From Treponema sp. (GTDB lineage: Bacteria; Spirochaetota; Spirochaetia; Treponematales; Treponemataceae): DNA of 64,000 nt. Both the position numbers and the translations under genes were made by a program. This document shows positions 18,863 to 28,377 of this stretch, in pieces. The notes below the pieces were generated by a model. That model was not told the DNA's origin. It worked only from the letters and a program-made list of their open reading frames with translations, and did no database searches. Position 1 is the stretch's first letter. Every line of letters begins with the position of its first letter. The stretch is taken from assembly GCA_017464425.1 (NCBI GenBank), contig JAFUDX010000012.1, forward strand, positions 139,861 through 203,860, in the 5' to 3' direction.

Positions 18863-20614
18863 ATGAAAATTGAAAACAGAAAACTGAAAATAAAAATCCT
18901 CGTTTCATTCTCTGCTCTTGCCCTTGCATTTGGACTTTCTTCTTGCGAGCAGTTGCAGAACACGCTTTCAAGCGAGCAGGAAGAGCAGCAGGCAGAAGAC
19001 ACAGGCATTGCGAGCATCAATGGCGACACATGGTATTTTGACGGAATTGGCACGACGGATTTCAGCAAAACCGAAGGGGCAAGCCTTGCCGTTACCTTCA
19101 ATCGAAAAGTCGTCATCGGGGCGACAAAAGAAGTTTCAAACGAAGGCGATGTCAGCTATACGAGCAATCTGACCGGCTTTCTTACGGCAACATTTACCAC
19201 GCCCGTAAAACAGGAGGTAAGCCTTTCTTATCCAATAAAAGAAGGAAAAATCACGCTTGCTGACGGCATGAGCATTTCAGCGGGCGAATTGAGCGCGGAC
19301 GGAAAAACATTCCGCCTGAACATGAAAACGGTTGCCTCCCTTCTTGACAGCGATACCGCCTATACATTTACCGGCGACTCGGTAAAAACAAAGAACGAGC
19401 TTTCGCTTGCAGTCAATTTGAGCGGATTTGTCTGTCCGAGCGGAACGCAAAAAGGGCGAGCAGTCGGAACGCTTAAAAAGAATCTTTCTGTAAAGCAATT
19501 GTATGAAGACAGCGTGGTAAAAAGCGGCGTGATTTTCTACACATTGGATTCAACGGTTGGTAAATCCATCGTCATTCCGACGCAGGGAAAAGTTTCGCTT
19601 GCTGACGGGGCGACCTGTGTTTTTTCAAGCCCTGACGCAAACGCTCCTTCCGACTTAACAAGTGATGATTTCAGTCTTGCGATTGGAGAAAGTGGCGAAA
19701 ACTTTGTGATTACCTGCAACAAAGAATTAAAAGGAAAGAATTTCATTGGCTCATTTACTATCAGCGGTTTTATTCCTGATTTGAATGCGAGCAGCTACAC
19801 CCGAACATTCACGGTCAGTTTTGCCGAAATGACCAGTTCTTCTGACACGCTTAGTGCAACGACTGATACTGGCGATTCTGCGAACAACACTTCAAAAGAT
19901 ATGTATTCAAGCGACATAGAAAGTCTGAGCGTAAGCAACGATGGCGAAAATCTGTATGTCATGCTCTCATTCTCAAATCCGCCATCTCTCTGGAACAAAG
20001 ACAACATCACGATTCTCTTTGACAACGCTTCTGATGAAGGCAGTGGTGTGTTCTCTGAAACTGTGAATTGGGATAGTACAACGGGCGCACGACGCGGAAT
20101 TGGTACAAAATCATCGCTTGCCGATGGAAGCTCTATCGAAGGTCAGTTGACGACCTTTGCGCAGGTAAATGATACGAAAGGAAGCGAACTTCTCAAAGGT
20201 GTCGTGCAATTTGATTATGCCAACGGCGAGAAAACAAAATGGACTCAGTTTGGCGAAGATGGAAGCCAGGATGCTAGTCAGAAAGAGGTGGCTCTTACCG
20301 ATATGGCGGGCGAGGACATAAAAATCACCTATAATTCGCCTTTGTCATATCTGTTCTCATTCAGTTCCTCAACACTCAAATATACGATTCCGCTTGAAGA
20401 CTTGAATCTTTCTGTGGGCGACAGCGTGTATGTATATGCCGCAGTTACTCACCATAATGACGACAATGATTACGGAAGCATTGCCGACCATGCTCCCGCA
20501 AAGGCAGCGACAAATTCTGACGGCTCAGCAATCAGTGCTGCATGGACGAGTGGCAAAGAAGACTACAAAATCGATATGAGTGCTGCATTGAAGCATGTCA
20601 TAAAATCAGAGTAG
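18863..20614 (+). CDS. Surface lipoprotein of unknown function (possible glycan-binding C-terminal domain)
   Basis: GGAGG RBS and lipobox 'AFGLSSCEQ'. The C-terminal 'LSVSNDGENLYVMLSFSNPPSLWNKDNITILFDN' recalls glucodextranase-type binding modules, but only weakly. Confidence 0.5.
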   Translation: MKIENRKLKIKILVSFSALALAFGLSSCEQLQNTLSSEQEEQQAEDTGIASINGDTWYFDGIGTTDFSKTEGASLAVTFNRKVVIGATKEVSNEGDVSYTSNLTGFLTATFTTPVKQEVSLSYPIKEGKITLADGMSISAGELSADGKTFRLNMKTVASLLDSDTAYTFTGDSVKTKNELSLAVNLSGFVCPSGTQKGRAVGTLKKNLSVKQLYEDSVVKSGVIFYTLDSTVGKSIVIPTQGKVSLADGATCVFSSPDANAPSDLTSDDFSLAIGESGENFVITCNKELKGKNFIGSFTISGFIPDLNASSYTRTFTVSFAEMTSSSDTLSATTDTGDSANNTSKDMYSSDIESLSVSNDGENLYVMLSFSNPPSLWNKDNITILFDNASDEGSGVFSETVNWDSTTGARRGIGTKSSLADGSSIEGQLTTFAQVNDTKGSELLKGVVQFDYANGEKTKWTQFGEDGSQDASQKEVALTDMAGEDIKITYNSPLSYLFSFSSSTLKYTIPLEDLNLSVGDSVYVYAAVTHHNDDNDYGSIADHAPAKAATNSDGSAISAAWTSGKEDYKIDMSAALKHVIKSE

Positions 20615-20623
20615 GGGGAAACT

Positions 20624-22042
20624 ATGAAAAGTGAAAAAAGAAAAGCCTGGAGTTTTTGCAGGGCGATGGTTTTTGCGTTGTTTGCACTGGCTTTCTTCGC
20701 ATTCTTTGGCTGTGACGCGCCTACAAATTCTGATACAAAAGTGACATACGACACGGCTCAGACAGAGAATGCGAGTGATGAAATTCCAAAAGCCGACACG
20801 AGCAAAAACACAGACAGCGATGCCGAGCGTGAAGAAGCCCAAAAAAAGGCAGAAGAAGAAAAGAAGAGTGAAGAAGAATCTGGTGAAAATGAAGATTCTG
20901 AAAAAGATGCACTCGGTGATTTTGATTCGTATGTAATCGGATTTGACGCAAGTGCAGTAGATTATTACGAGAATAATGGTGACGAAAAAGGGGCGGTCAC
21001 TTGGAAAGACACCGATGGCACTACGATTGAATTCTTTGCTCTCCTTGCAAAATATGGCTATAACACGGTTCGCCTGCGCATTTGGAACGACCCGTCAAAA
21101 GCACCTTCTGGGGCAGACACTACTGGGGACAATACGCTTGAGCGCACCATTTCAATGGCAAAGCGAATAAAGTCTGCCGGGCTAAAACTCATGCTCGACT
21201 TCCATTATTCCGACACATGGGCAGACCCCTCAAGGCAGATTGTGCCGAGTGACTGGCAAAGCCTTACTTCGGTTGAAGCTGTTGCAAATGCAATTTCTGA
21301 GTATACGACAGAAGTGCTCACAGCATTGAAAGAACAGGCTGCTGTGACACCGTATTATGTGCAGATTGGAAACGAAATAAACAACGGCCTGCTACTTCAC
21401 ACTGGCTATAATTCTTCAACGACCTACGGAAGTGGTGATTTTGCGTATGCGGGTGAAAAATCTTCTGAAAATGTCGTCACTTATTTAGCGGCAGCAAGTA
21501 AAGCCGTGCGTGATTTTAACCAGAATATTAGAATAGTTGTCCATGTAACTTCAAGCAATTCACCAACAATCCTGCTGGACAAATTGAAAACGGGAAATCT
21601 TGATTATGATGTTATTGGGCTTTCTTATTATCCATGGGAAAATCACGGAACTATTGCTCAAATGAAAAACAATGTTTCTAGTTGGAAAACGACCTATGGC
21701 AAAGATGTGCTGATTGCTGAAACTTCATTTTATTGTGAGGACAACGACAATGGAACAACATACACAAAGGACATTACAAATCTTACGCAAGCTAAATCTA
21801 ACCTTATAGATCCGAGTACTGGTGCTGTTTACGCTGATTTAGACTTGGATTCTGAGTCGAAGTATGTTCGTGGCTCGGTTTCAAATCAGACGAAAGTTCT
21901 CGTTCATGTGAATGACACGGCAAAAGAGGCTGGCTCAATAGGAATATTTACTTGGGGTGGCGAAATTCGTGACTGGTCACACGGTATGTTTACCTGGGGA
22001 GGCGTTGCCTATGAGAGCATAGAAGCCTTTAAAAGCGAGTAA
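20624..22042 (+). CDS. Lipoprotein endo-beta-1,4-galactanase (GH53), second copy
   Basis: Lipobox 'FFGCDA' and an acidic low-complexity linker, followed by 'YNTVRLRIWNDP', 'LMLDFHYSDTWADPSRQ' and 'QIGNEINNG'. Confidence 0.85.
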   Translation: MKSEKRKAWSFCRAMVFALFALAFFAFFGCDAPTNSDTKVTYDTAQTENASDEIPKADTSKNTDSDAEREEAQKKAEEEKKSEEESGENEDSEKDALGDFDSYVIGFDASAVDYYENNGDEKGAVTWKDTDGTTIEFFALLAKYGYNTVRLRIWNDPSKAPSGADTTGDNTLERTISMAKRIKSAGLKLMLDFHYSDTWADPSRQIVPSDWQSLTSVEAVANAISEYTTEVLTALKEQAAVTPYYVQIGNEINNGLLLHTGYNSSTTYGSGDFAYAGEKSSENVVTYLAAASKAVRDFNQNIRIVVHVTSSNSPTILLDKLKTGNLDYDVIGLSYYPWENHGTIAQMKNNVSSWKTTYGKDVLIAETSFYCEDNDNGTTYTKDITNLTQAKSNLIDPSTGAVYADLDLDSESKYVRGSVSNQTKVLVHVNDTAKEAGSIGIFTWGGEIRDWSHGMFTWGGVAYESIEAFKSE

Positions 22043-22071
22043 ATAGGAACCGTTTGCTAGGAAAGAGCGCA

Positions 22072-22096
22072 GGGGGAAAATGCTTCCCCCTTTTTT
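22072..22096. terminator. Rho-independent terminator (GGGGGAA-aatgc-TTCCCCC followed by T6) between the convergent galactan locus and helicase gene
   Basis: A 7-bp GC-rich stem and T-run were read directly. It overlaps the helicase stop codon. Confidence 0.7.
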
Positions 22097-24680
22097 ACTC
22101 GTACAATCCGTTTAACATTCGGTACACGGCGTTGATTTGCTCTTTGCCGTCCACGCTGAAGTCAATCTGCTCGTCAACGAGCGTTTCGAGACTTGAAAGG
22201 CTTTCGTTTAAGGCGGTGGCAAATCCGCGGCTCATTTTGAACCAGTAAGTGCCGCGACCGTCGGTGAAGAGCGCGACGAAGGCGTATTCCTTGTTTTTCC
22301 GAGAAAGCGTGATTCTCAAGATTTTGTTCAGCTCGCCGATGAGTTTTTCTGCCGAGCCGTCCTCGTGGAGATTAAAATTGCGCTTGATGAGCGATTTTTC
22401 GTCAATCGGCGTGAGGTTGAGCTTTTGCACGACCTTGCACACAAGCTCCAGTTTTTCTCCCGCAAGCAGGGCTGTTCCGTGGAGCAGGACTTTTGAGCGA
22501 ATCGGGGCGAACACCGCCATTTTGTTTTCGTCTTTTTCGTTTTGAAGGGCGGACTTGAATTTGTTGAGCGGCAGAATGAGGATTTTCTTTCCTTTCTGCT
22601 TTTCGATTTCAAAGACTTCGCCGCCGATGATGATTTCGTTTTCGTTCTTGTCTTTTTGCTTCTTTCCGCCAAAGTGACCGTCATCGCGCCCCAAGAGTTT
22701 TCCTTTGATTGCGTTGAAAGTCGAGCCTTTGTATTCGAGGTTGCCCGTGAGGCTTCGGCTTCGCTTTCCGCGCATGGCGTTGAGTTTTGCTTCCAAGTCG
22801 GGCGAGATTTTTGCGAGCAGATTCTTGGTGAGCGGGGAAACGCTCATCGCAAAGGTACGGCTCGTGCGCACGATTTCGCCCGCCACGATAAAGAGCGGGT
22901 CAGTGCGGAACATAGAAGAGCCGGGGTGAATCGAAATGTGGTCTGCGGTAAGCGAGCGGTAGTTTTCTTTTCCCTCGCGCACGCACACAAACTGAATCAT
23001 GCCCGAAGCGATACAGCAGAGGTAGTCGTCCATGCTGCCGCCACTTCCAATCGGGATTCCAAGTTCTCCGATTTCTTCTTCGAGCTGCTGCTTTATGTTC
23101 GCGATTTCAGCCATCACGCGCTCGTCGAGGTAATTGTTCTGGCAGAATCGCACGGGATTTTTCATCGACTGGTAGGTGCGGAAAAGTTTTACATAGGAGA
23201 CAAAATCGCCCTGAATGTCGCGGAAGGCATGGTGCGCCTTTCGCGCGTCAGTTTCTTCTCCCGGCGGAAGCACAAAGGGCGAGTGCGTGCTCATAAATGC
23301 GGCTGCAATCACGGCTTCTTCAAGCACTTCGGGGTAGCGCATAATGCTTTCGACTAAGATTCGGCTCACGCGTGGCTCCAACGGGAATTCGACCATGAGC
23401 TTTCCAATAGAAGAAAGCGTGTTGTCTGCATTTAACGCGCCCATTTGGTTGAGCGTTGCCACTGCCCCGCGAATGTCCTCTTTTTGAGGCGGTGAAATAA
23501 AGTCGAATATGTCAAAATCGGTGATGCCAAGCTCGCTCATGCGGAGCACGACTTCACTCAAATCGGTGCGGTAGATTTCTTCGGTGGTGTATTCTGGTCT
23601 GGAGTCAAAATCTTTCCGTGAGTACAGGCGGTAGCAAGTTCCCGGCTGGGTTCTTCCTGCCCGTCCGCGCCGTTGGTTGGAGCTTGCCTTTGAGACAGGC
23701 GTTTCGTTCAGACTTGAAGTGAAGGTTTTCGGACTGTAGAAATTGAGTTTCGCCAATCCTGAGTCAATGACGGTTGTGATTCCGTTAATCGTGACAGAAG
23801 TTTCTGCGATGTTCGTTGAAAGCACGACCTTTTTCTTTCCGAATGGGGCTGAGTCAAACACGCGCTCCTGCTCTTCCTTTGGCAAGCGACCGTAGAGCGG
23901 CACGATGTGAATCTTCGAGCGGAAAGAAGCGAATGAAAGCCGTTTTGCGCAGTCCTTGATGATTTTTTCGCCCGGCAAAAAGACCAGAATGTCGCCGTCC
24001 TCGTGGTTGTCAAGCACGCGGTCAATCGTCTTTTCGATTTTTGAAAGAAGGTATTCGCAGCCCGTTGCGGTCGCCGTGGTGGTGGCTTGCCCTTTGAGCG
24101 GCGGGTCGTAAACAAGAGTGACTGGGAAAGTTTGCGTGTCAATTGAGACAATCGGACAGTTCCCGTAGTAGGCAGAAAAAGCCTCTGCATTCATAGTCGC
24201 GCTGGAGACAATCACTTTGAAATCTGGGCGTGCGGTGAGCACTCGTTTGAGCAATCCCAACACAAAGTCGATGTTCAGGCTTCGCTCGTGCGCCTCGTCC
24301 ACCATGATGACCGAATATTTTGTCATCCACGGGTCAAGTTTCATCTCCTGCAAGAGAATGCCGTCCGTCATGATTTTGATTTTCGTTGTGGTGTCGGTCT
24401 TGTCCTCAAAGCGCATTTTGTAGCCGACCAAGCCGGGGTAAGAAGTTTTGAGCTGTTTCGCGATAAATTCAGACACACTGAGCGCGGCGATACGGCGCGG
24501 CTGTGTCACGGCAATCACGCCGTTTTCTGAATAGCCCGCCTCATGCAAAATCACGGGAATCTGCGTGGTCTTTCCGCTTCCCGTAGGCGACTGCACGACA
24601 ATCACCTGATTTTCGCGCAAGCACGCAAGTATTTTTTCTTTCTGTTCGTAGACTGGTAATGTTTTGTAGTCGATAGACAT
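22095..24680 (-). CDS. DEAH-box ATP-dependent RNA helicase (HrpA/HrpB-like)
   Basis: 861 aa with 'QSPTGSGKTTQIP', 'VDEAHERS', 'SATM', 'TNIAETSVTI' and 'QRRGRAGR'. Confidence 0.85.
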   Translation of the reverse strand: MSIDYKTLPVYEQKEKILACLRENQVIVVQSPTGSGKTTQIPVILHEAGYSENGVIAVTQPRRIAALSVSEFIAKQLKTSYPGLVGYKMRFEDKTDTTTKIKIMTDGILLQEMKLDPWMTKYSVIMVDEAHERSLNIDFVLGLLKRVLTARPDFKVIVSSATMNAEAFSAYYGNCPIVSIDTQTFPVTLVYDPPLKGQATTTATATGCEYLLSKIEKTIDRVLDNHEDGDILVFLPGEKIIKDCAKRLSFASFRSKIHIVPLYGRLPKEEQERVFDSAPFGKKKVVLSTNIAETSVTINGITTVIDSGLAKLNFYSPKTFTSSLNETPVSKASSNQRRGRAGRTQPGTCYRLYSRKDFDSRPEYTTEEIYRTDLSEVVLRMSELGITDFDIFDFISPPQKEDIRGAVATLNQMGALNADNTLSSIGKLMVEFPLEPRVSRILVESIMRYPEVLEEAVIAAAFMSTHSPFVLPPGEETDARKAHHAFRDIQGDFVSYVKLFRTYQSMKNPVRFCQNNYLDERVMAEIANIKQQLEEEIGELGIPIGSGGSMDDYLCCIASGMIQFVCVREGKENYRSLTADHISIHPGSSMFRTDPLFIVAGEIVRTSRTFAMSVSPLTKNLLAKISPDLEAKLNAMRGKRSRSLTGNLEYKGSTFNAIKGKLLGRDDGHFGGKKQKDKNENEIIIGGEVFEIEKQKGKKILILPLNKFKSALQNEKDENKMAVFAPIRSKVLLHGTALLAGEKLELVCKVVQKLNLTPIDEKSLIKRNFNLHEDGSAEKLIGELNKILRITLSRKNKEYAFVALFTDGRGTYWFKMSRGFATALNESLSSLETLVDEQIDFSVDGKEQINAVYRMLNGLYE

Positions 24681-24701
24681 GCTAAAGATTATAGCATAAA
24701 A

Positions 24702-24745
24702 ATGAGAAAAGAGGAATGAGAAAATGAGAAGTGAGAATAGAGGGG
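24702..24745 (+). repeat. Purine-rich TGAGAA-type periodic tract between the helicase start and the XRE gene stop
   Basis: ATGAGAAAAGAGGAATGAGAAAATGAGAAGTGAGAATAGAGGGG, with four TGAGAA cores spaced 7-14 nt apart. Confidence 0.5.
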
Positions 24746-24756
24746 AAAGTTATAAT

Positions 24757-25101
24757 TCACTCATACTTTTCGACCATTCTGGTGATTTGATTTTGCAGGA
24801 AACGCAGATCATGCAGAAATTCTGCGTTTTTCCGTTTTTCTTCTATTATTAAGTTTATTAAATTTAATTTTTCTTCTTCCATTTTTTTTGGCGGGTCTGA
24901 CTTAAAGAGCTGGTATGGTTCAATTCCGAGATTTGAGGCGATTAAGTCTATTGTTTCGGGCTTTGGAAATTTGTGGCGGCTCTCAATTTCTGTGATGTAT
25001 GTTTCTCCGTAGCCAATAAGTTCAGAAAGTTTTTCCTGCGTATAGCCTTTTTGTTTTCTGTAGTATTTTAAATTCTCCCGAAAAATATGCCTGGTGCCCA
25101 T
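24757..25101 (-). CDS. XRE-family helix-turn-helix transcriptional regulator
   Basis: 'LKYYRKQKGYTQEKLSELIGYGETYITEIESRHKFP' is a classic Cro/C1-type HTH. The gene is divergent from the lipoprotein operon. Confidence 0.8.
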   Translation of the reverse strand: MGTRHIFRENLKYYRKQKGYTQEKLSELIGYGETYITEIESRHKFPKPETIDLIASNLGIEPYQLFKSDPPKKMEEEKLNLINLIIEEKRKNAEFLHDLRFLQNQITRMVEKYE

Positions 25102-25202
25102 GAAGTAAAGAATAACCTAAATAAAATTTGCAAAATATAGTCGTTCTGCCTATATAATACTGTTGCAGCCGAGCAAAAATTTTAAAATATCTTAAAAATT
25201 TA

Positions 25203-25230
25203 TTGATTTTTCTGTCTTTTGGACTATAAT
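25203..25230 (+). promoter_or_regulatory. Promoter-like site P1: TTGATTTTTCT-N8-GACTATAAT (-35 TTGATT, 16-nt spacer, -10 TATAAT)
   Basis: Read directly. It shares the 11-mer TTGATTTTTCT and the 9-mer GACTATAAT with the site at 32570-32598. Confidence 0.55.
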
Positions 25231-25284
25231 ATACTCAGAAACTGCTTATTTTTCAGTCTAGAAAATTACAGAGGAGTAATGCAT

Positions 25285-26397
25285 ATGATTTTAAGAAAAC
25301 ACAAATTCTTTTTGGCTGCAATGATTCTTGCGGCAAGTTCTTTCATGTTCATGGGATGTGATCCTGACAAGGATGAGGATCAGACTAGTGGGGTAGACTT
25401 TACTAACTACACGGTCGATTATTCCATTAAAGTTCGAAATAATACTTCGAAAGCTTTGGTTGCTTTTAAGGGAAATCCTAGCAAAGCAAATCTGATAGGT
25501 GGTATTCCTGCAAGTGCAACGAATCATGGATTGAAAAAAAACAGTACACTTTTTTCTGTTTCTTCTGATTTCACCCTTTTCATCGTTACGGAAGAAGATT
25601 ATAAAAAATACAAAGATGGTGGTGATTTTTCTCAGTTAGCTAATTCGCCTTTTGCGCGTCTGTATGCCTATTACAATGCAAATGCTGCAAATGAAATCCT
25701 TTATGATATTTCGAGTGTTATGGGGGGAGCGGGAACAATTACACTTCAAAATAACACAAAATTTAATGTTGAGTTGAGAAAAGATAGCATTTATGGCGAA
25801 ACGATTGGTTACACGGCTGCGGGAACCTTAAATACAGTATTTCATGTTGAAACTGGTGATTACTCTATTTTCCCAGTGTTCCGAAAATTTGATAAATCAC
25901 TTAATGAAATTGTAACTGTATATCCAGAGGATAATGAGGGGTATCCATATATCGAATTCTTTAATTTGACAAATAATTATGAATTAAATGCATTAGATTG
26001 GAGTACTAATGTCTCTTTTGTTTCAAGTTCTGCATTCATTTATATTGATAATCAGTCTTCTGTTGGGGTGAGTTTTTATGAAGGTTCAACACCTGTCACA
26101 ACATCAACTGGTGGAAAAATTATAAATCGAACAGGTCATCTTATATTTGAAATTCCTATGCCGTCTATTGGAACTGGTGCAAAAAAATCTTATGCATCGA
26201 AAGTTAATGTAGCGGCTTATAAGGTTGGTACGGCAGCTTCACAATCTATCTATATTACTGGGGATGCATCTACCACGAAAGAACTTGAGGCTGGAAAAAT
26301 GTATACCTTGACAGTAACTGGTGAAAACTATCATTCACTTTCGTGCTCATTCTCAGATGAAGTTGTTGATATTGATCCTGATGTAGAAATCAACTAG
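25285..26397 (+). CDS. Lipoprotein of unknown function
   Basis: A GAGGAG RBS lies 8 nt upstream of the ATG at 25285. Lipobox 'FMFMGCDP'. The gene is AT-rich and I recognise no motif. Confidence 0.6.
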   Translation: MILRKHKFFLAAMILAASSFMFMGCDPDKDEDQTSGVDFTNYTVDYSIKVRNNTSKALVAFKGNPSKANLIGGIPASATNHGLKKNSTLFSVSSDFTLFIVTEEDYKKYKDGGDFSQLANSPFARLYAYYNANAANEILYDISSVMGGAGTITLQNNTKFNVELRKDSIYGETIGYTAAGTLNTVFHVETGDYSIFPVFRKFDKSLNEIVTVYPEDNEGYPYIEFFNLTNNYELNALDWSTNVSFVSSSAFIYIDNQSSVGVSFYEGSTPVTTSTGGKIINRTGHLIFEIPMPSIGTGAKKSYASKVNVAAYKVGTAASQSIYITGDASTTKELEAGKMYTLTVTGENYHSLSCSFSDEVVDIDPDVEIN

Positions 26398-26406
26398 GAA
26401 CGGCAT

Positions 26407-28350
26407 ATGCAAAAGAAAATTAGTTTTTTATTGTTTTTACTCTTTTCTTTTGCATTTATTTGCTCCTGCGAGGATGACGATTCTTTGCAGGAGATTGTTC
26501 CTGCAGATTTGAACAATGGAAAGGTTTCTGTTGAATTTATAAACAATAGTCCTTATGCGGTAAATGTTTTTCAAAGTGCACATCGAAATCTTGGAGGCGA
26601 GGTTCTGGTTACCGTTCCTCCATCCGATGAATCCGAACTTCTTAAGCCTGAAAACGGTAAAAGATCTAGCAGAACTGTTTCCCTCTTGCCTTCTGTTGAA
26701 AAAACAGGAGATGTTTTTTATTTTGAATATATACTGCCGATTGGAAATCTTGATTTTCCATACTTTAGTTATGATAATTCTCAGATTTATGTAATCTCGA
26801 ATGGAAAAACGAATGAAATAAACATAGGCAATTTGGAATATTGTAAAGATAAGAAAACTTTTTTAGTTGTTGAAAATAACTCAGATTATTCTATATATTT
26901 ACTTAACGGTGGAGATATATTAACACCCCAAGATTCTGAGACTCATCTAATTAATGATTCTGGTGTGGCTGTTTTTCTTATTGGTCAAACAGATTTAGAT
27001 GTATACAACAAAAACTCTAGTCAGTTTACAATCAGCAATGGAACTGACTATAAATCATTGCCAAAATTTGACTTTTCAGCTGGATATACATACACAATTA
27101 CTGTGACTTCATTTGGAATTTCCCTTAAATCAATTTCTCCGTTCAATGTTGACACGCAAAAACAGATATGGTCATCGCAGTTTAAGCAAAGTTTTTTGAA
27201 AAAATATACCGTCGACTGTGCTCGATCGCTGTACGATTTAAAAGACGGTTCATTTTTTTGCGGTTCAAAAAAACTTACGAATACATTCTATATTCAGGAA
27301 TTTGATGTGTATGGTGCGGAAAAACGGGCGGCAGAATTTATGCTTCTTGATGAAGATGTCGTTGATGTTTCTGTAATCGATGCGCTTCAATGCTCTGACA
27401 AAGAATACCTCGTGTTGCTGCGCGGTTATTGTGATACTAATGACGATGATTATTATTCGCTTGCATCGTATTTTTATCTTGGAAAATTCAATATCGAAAC
27501 ATACGAGAAAAAACTTATTAATCTGACATACTTTGTTCAAAATGAGTTGGATTTTGAAAATCTTTATTTCTATGGGAATCTTATAAAAGGCGCGGTATGT
27601 GAACTTTCTGCTTCTGAATTTTCGGTATGCGGTTCTGTCTTTGATTCTGTGGGAAAAATGCATTATTTTTCTGCGATTACCGATTTCTCTTCTAGCACTC
27701 CTGCCGTTTCTTCTTATTGGGTAAGCGAAGATTCCACAAAATACCATGTGTTGCGCACTCTTGCGTCTTCATATTTTGATGGAAGCGATTTGTATGTCTG
27801 TGGCTTTGACAATTTTAATGAAAAATACGGCGTAGATTCGGATGCCATTCATAAAGGTGTCATTTTCAAATTTGATTCTGATTTGTCATCTGCCGAAGAA
27901 ATATATTCAAACGAAAAATCATTGTTCTTTGGAATTACAGGAAAAGATGGTTCATTCTATGTTTGTGGTGAAACAATGGGTGCGGCTGGCGACAATGATT
28001 TGTATGGTTGCTTTTTGAATTCTGATATGGTTAGTGAAAATTCCAGCCCCTTAAAATATTTTTCTACGAAAAAAAACACATGGTTCACTCAGATAAACTT
28101 CACGAATTATGGGCTGACTGTATGTGGTGTCAACTCAGAAGATACTGAGGGGAAAATTACTGGTGATGTGGACGGAATTCTTACCTGTGTGTCTCCGTCT
28201 GGGGAAAAATTGTGGGAAAATGAATATGCTTCATATTACAAAGTCATAAGTATGGCAGAAAACAACATTGGTACGCAGATATTACATTTAAAAACGAAAG
28301 ATGGAGCGAGCAAAATTATCAGCACAGATTTGCTTGGTAAGGAAATATAA
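26407..28350 (+). CDS. Lipoprotein with SBBP-like beta-propeller repeats
   Basis: Lipobox 'FAFICSCED'. The C-terminal half has recurring '[FY]xVCG...D' blades (FSVCGSVFD, LYVCGFDNF, FYVCGETMG, LTVCGVNSED). Confidence 0.5.
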   Translation: MQKKISFLLFLLFSFAFICSCEDDDSLQEIVPADLNNGKVSVEFINNSPYAVNVFQSAHRNLGGEVLVTVPPSDESELLKPENGKRSSRTVSLLPSVEKTGDVFYFEYILPIGNLDFPYFSYDNSQIYVISNGKTNEINIGNLEYCKDKKTFLVVENNSDYSIYLLNGGDILTPQDSETHLINDSGVAVFLIGQTDLDVYNKNSSQFTISNGTDYKSLPKFDFSAGYTYTITVTSFGISLKSISPFNVDTQKQIWSSQFKQSFLKKYTVDCARSLYDLKDGSFFCGSKKLTNTFYIQEFDVYGAEKRAAEFMLLDEDVVDVSVIDALQCSDKEYLVLLRGYCDTNDDDYYSLASYFYLGKFNIETYEKKLINLTYFVQNELDFENLYFYGNLIKGAVCELSASEFSVCGSVFDSVGKMHYFSAITDFSSSTPAVSSYWVSEDSTKYHVLRTLASSYFDGSDLYVCGFDNFNEKYGVDSDAIHKGVIFKFDSDLSSAEEIYSNEKSLFFGITGKDGSFYVCGETMGAAGDNDLYGCFLNSDMVSENSSPLKYFSTKKNTWFTQINFTNYGLTVCGVNSEDTEGKITGDVDGILTCVSPSGEKLWENEYASYYKVISMAENNIGTQILHLKTKDGASKIISTDLLGKEI

Positions 28351-28377
28351 GTGTAGCGATACACGAGGAGGTTTCGT

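Noticed and set aside
22542-23357. A 271-aa ORF lies antisense to the helicase gene. Other long shadow ORFs were also seen, e.g. 7952..8614, 12156..12788, 14323..15033, 38226..38861, 44241..44723 and 50187..50771.
   Set aside because: They lie entirely inside well-supported genes on the other strand or frame. They have low-complexity or Arg/Ser-rich translations and no RBS.
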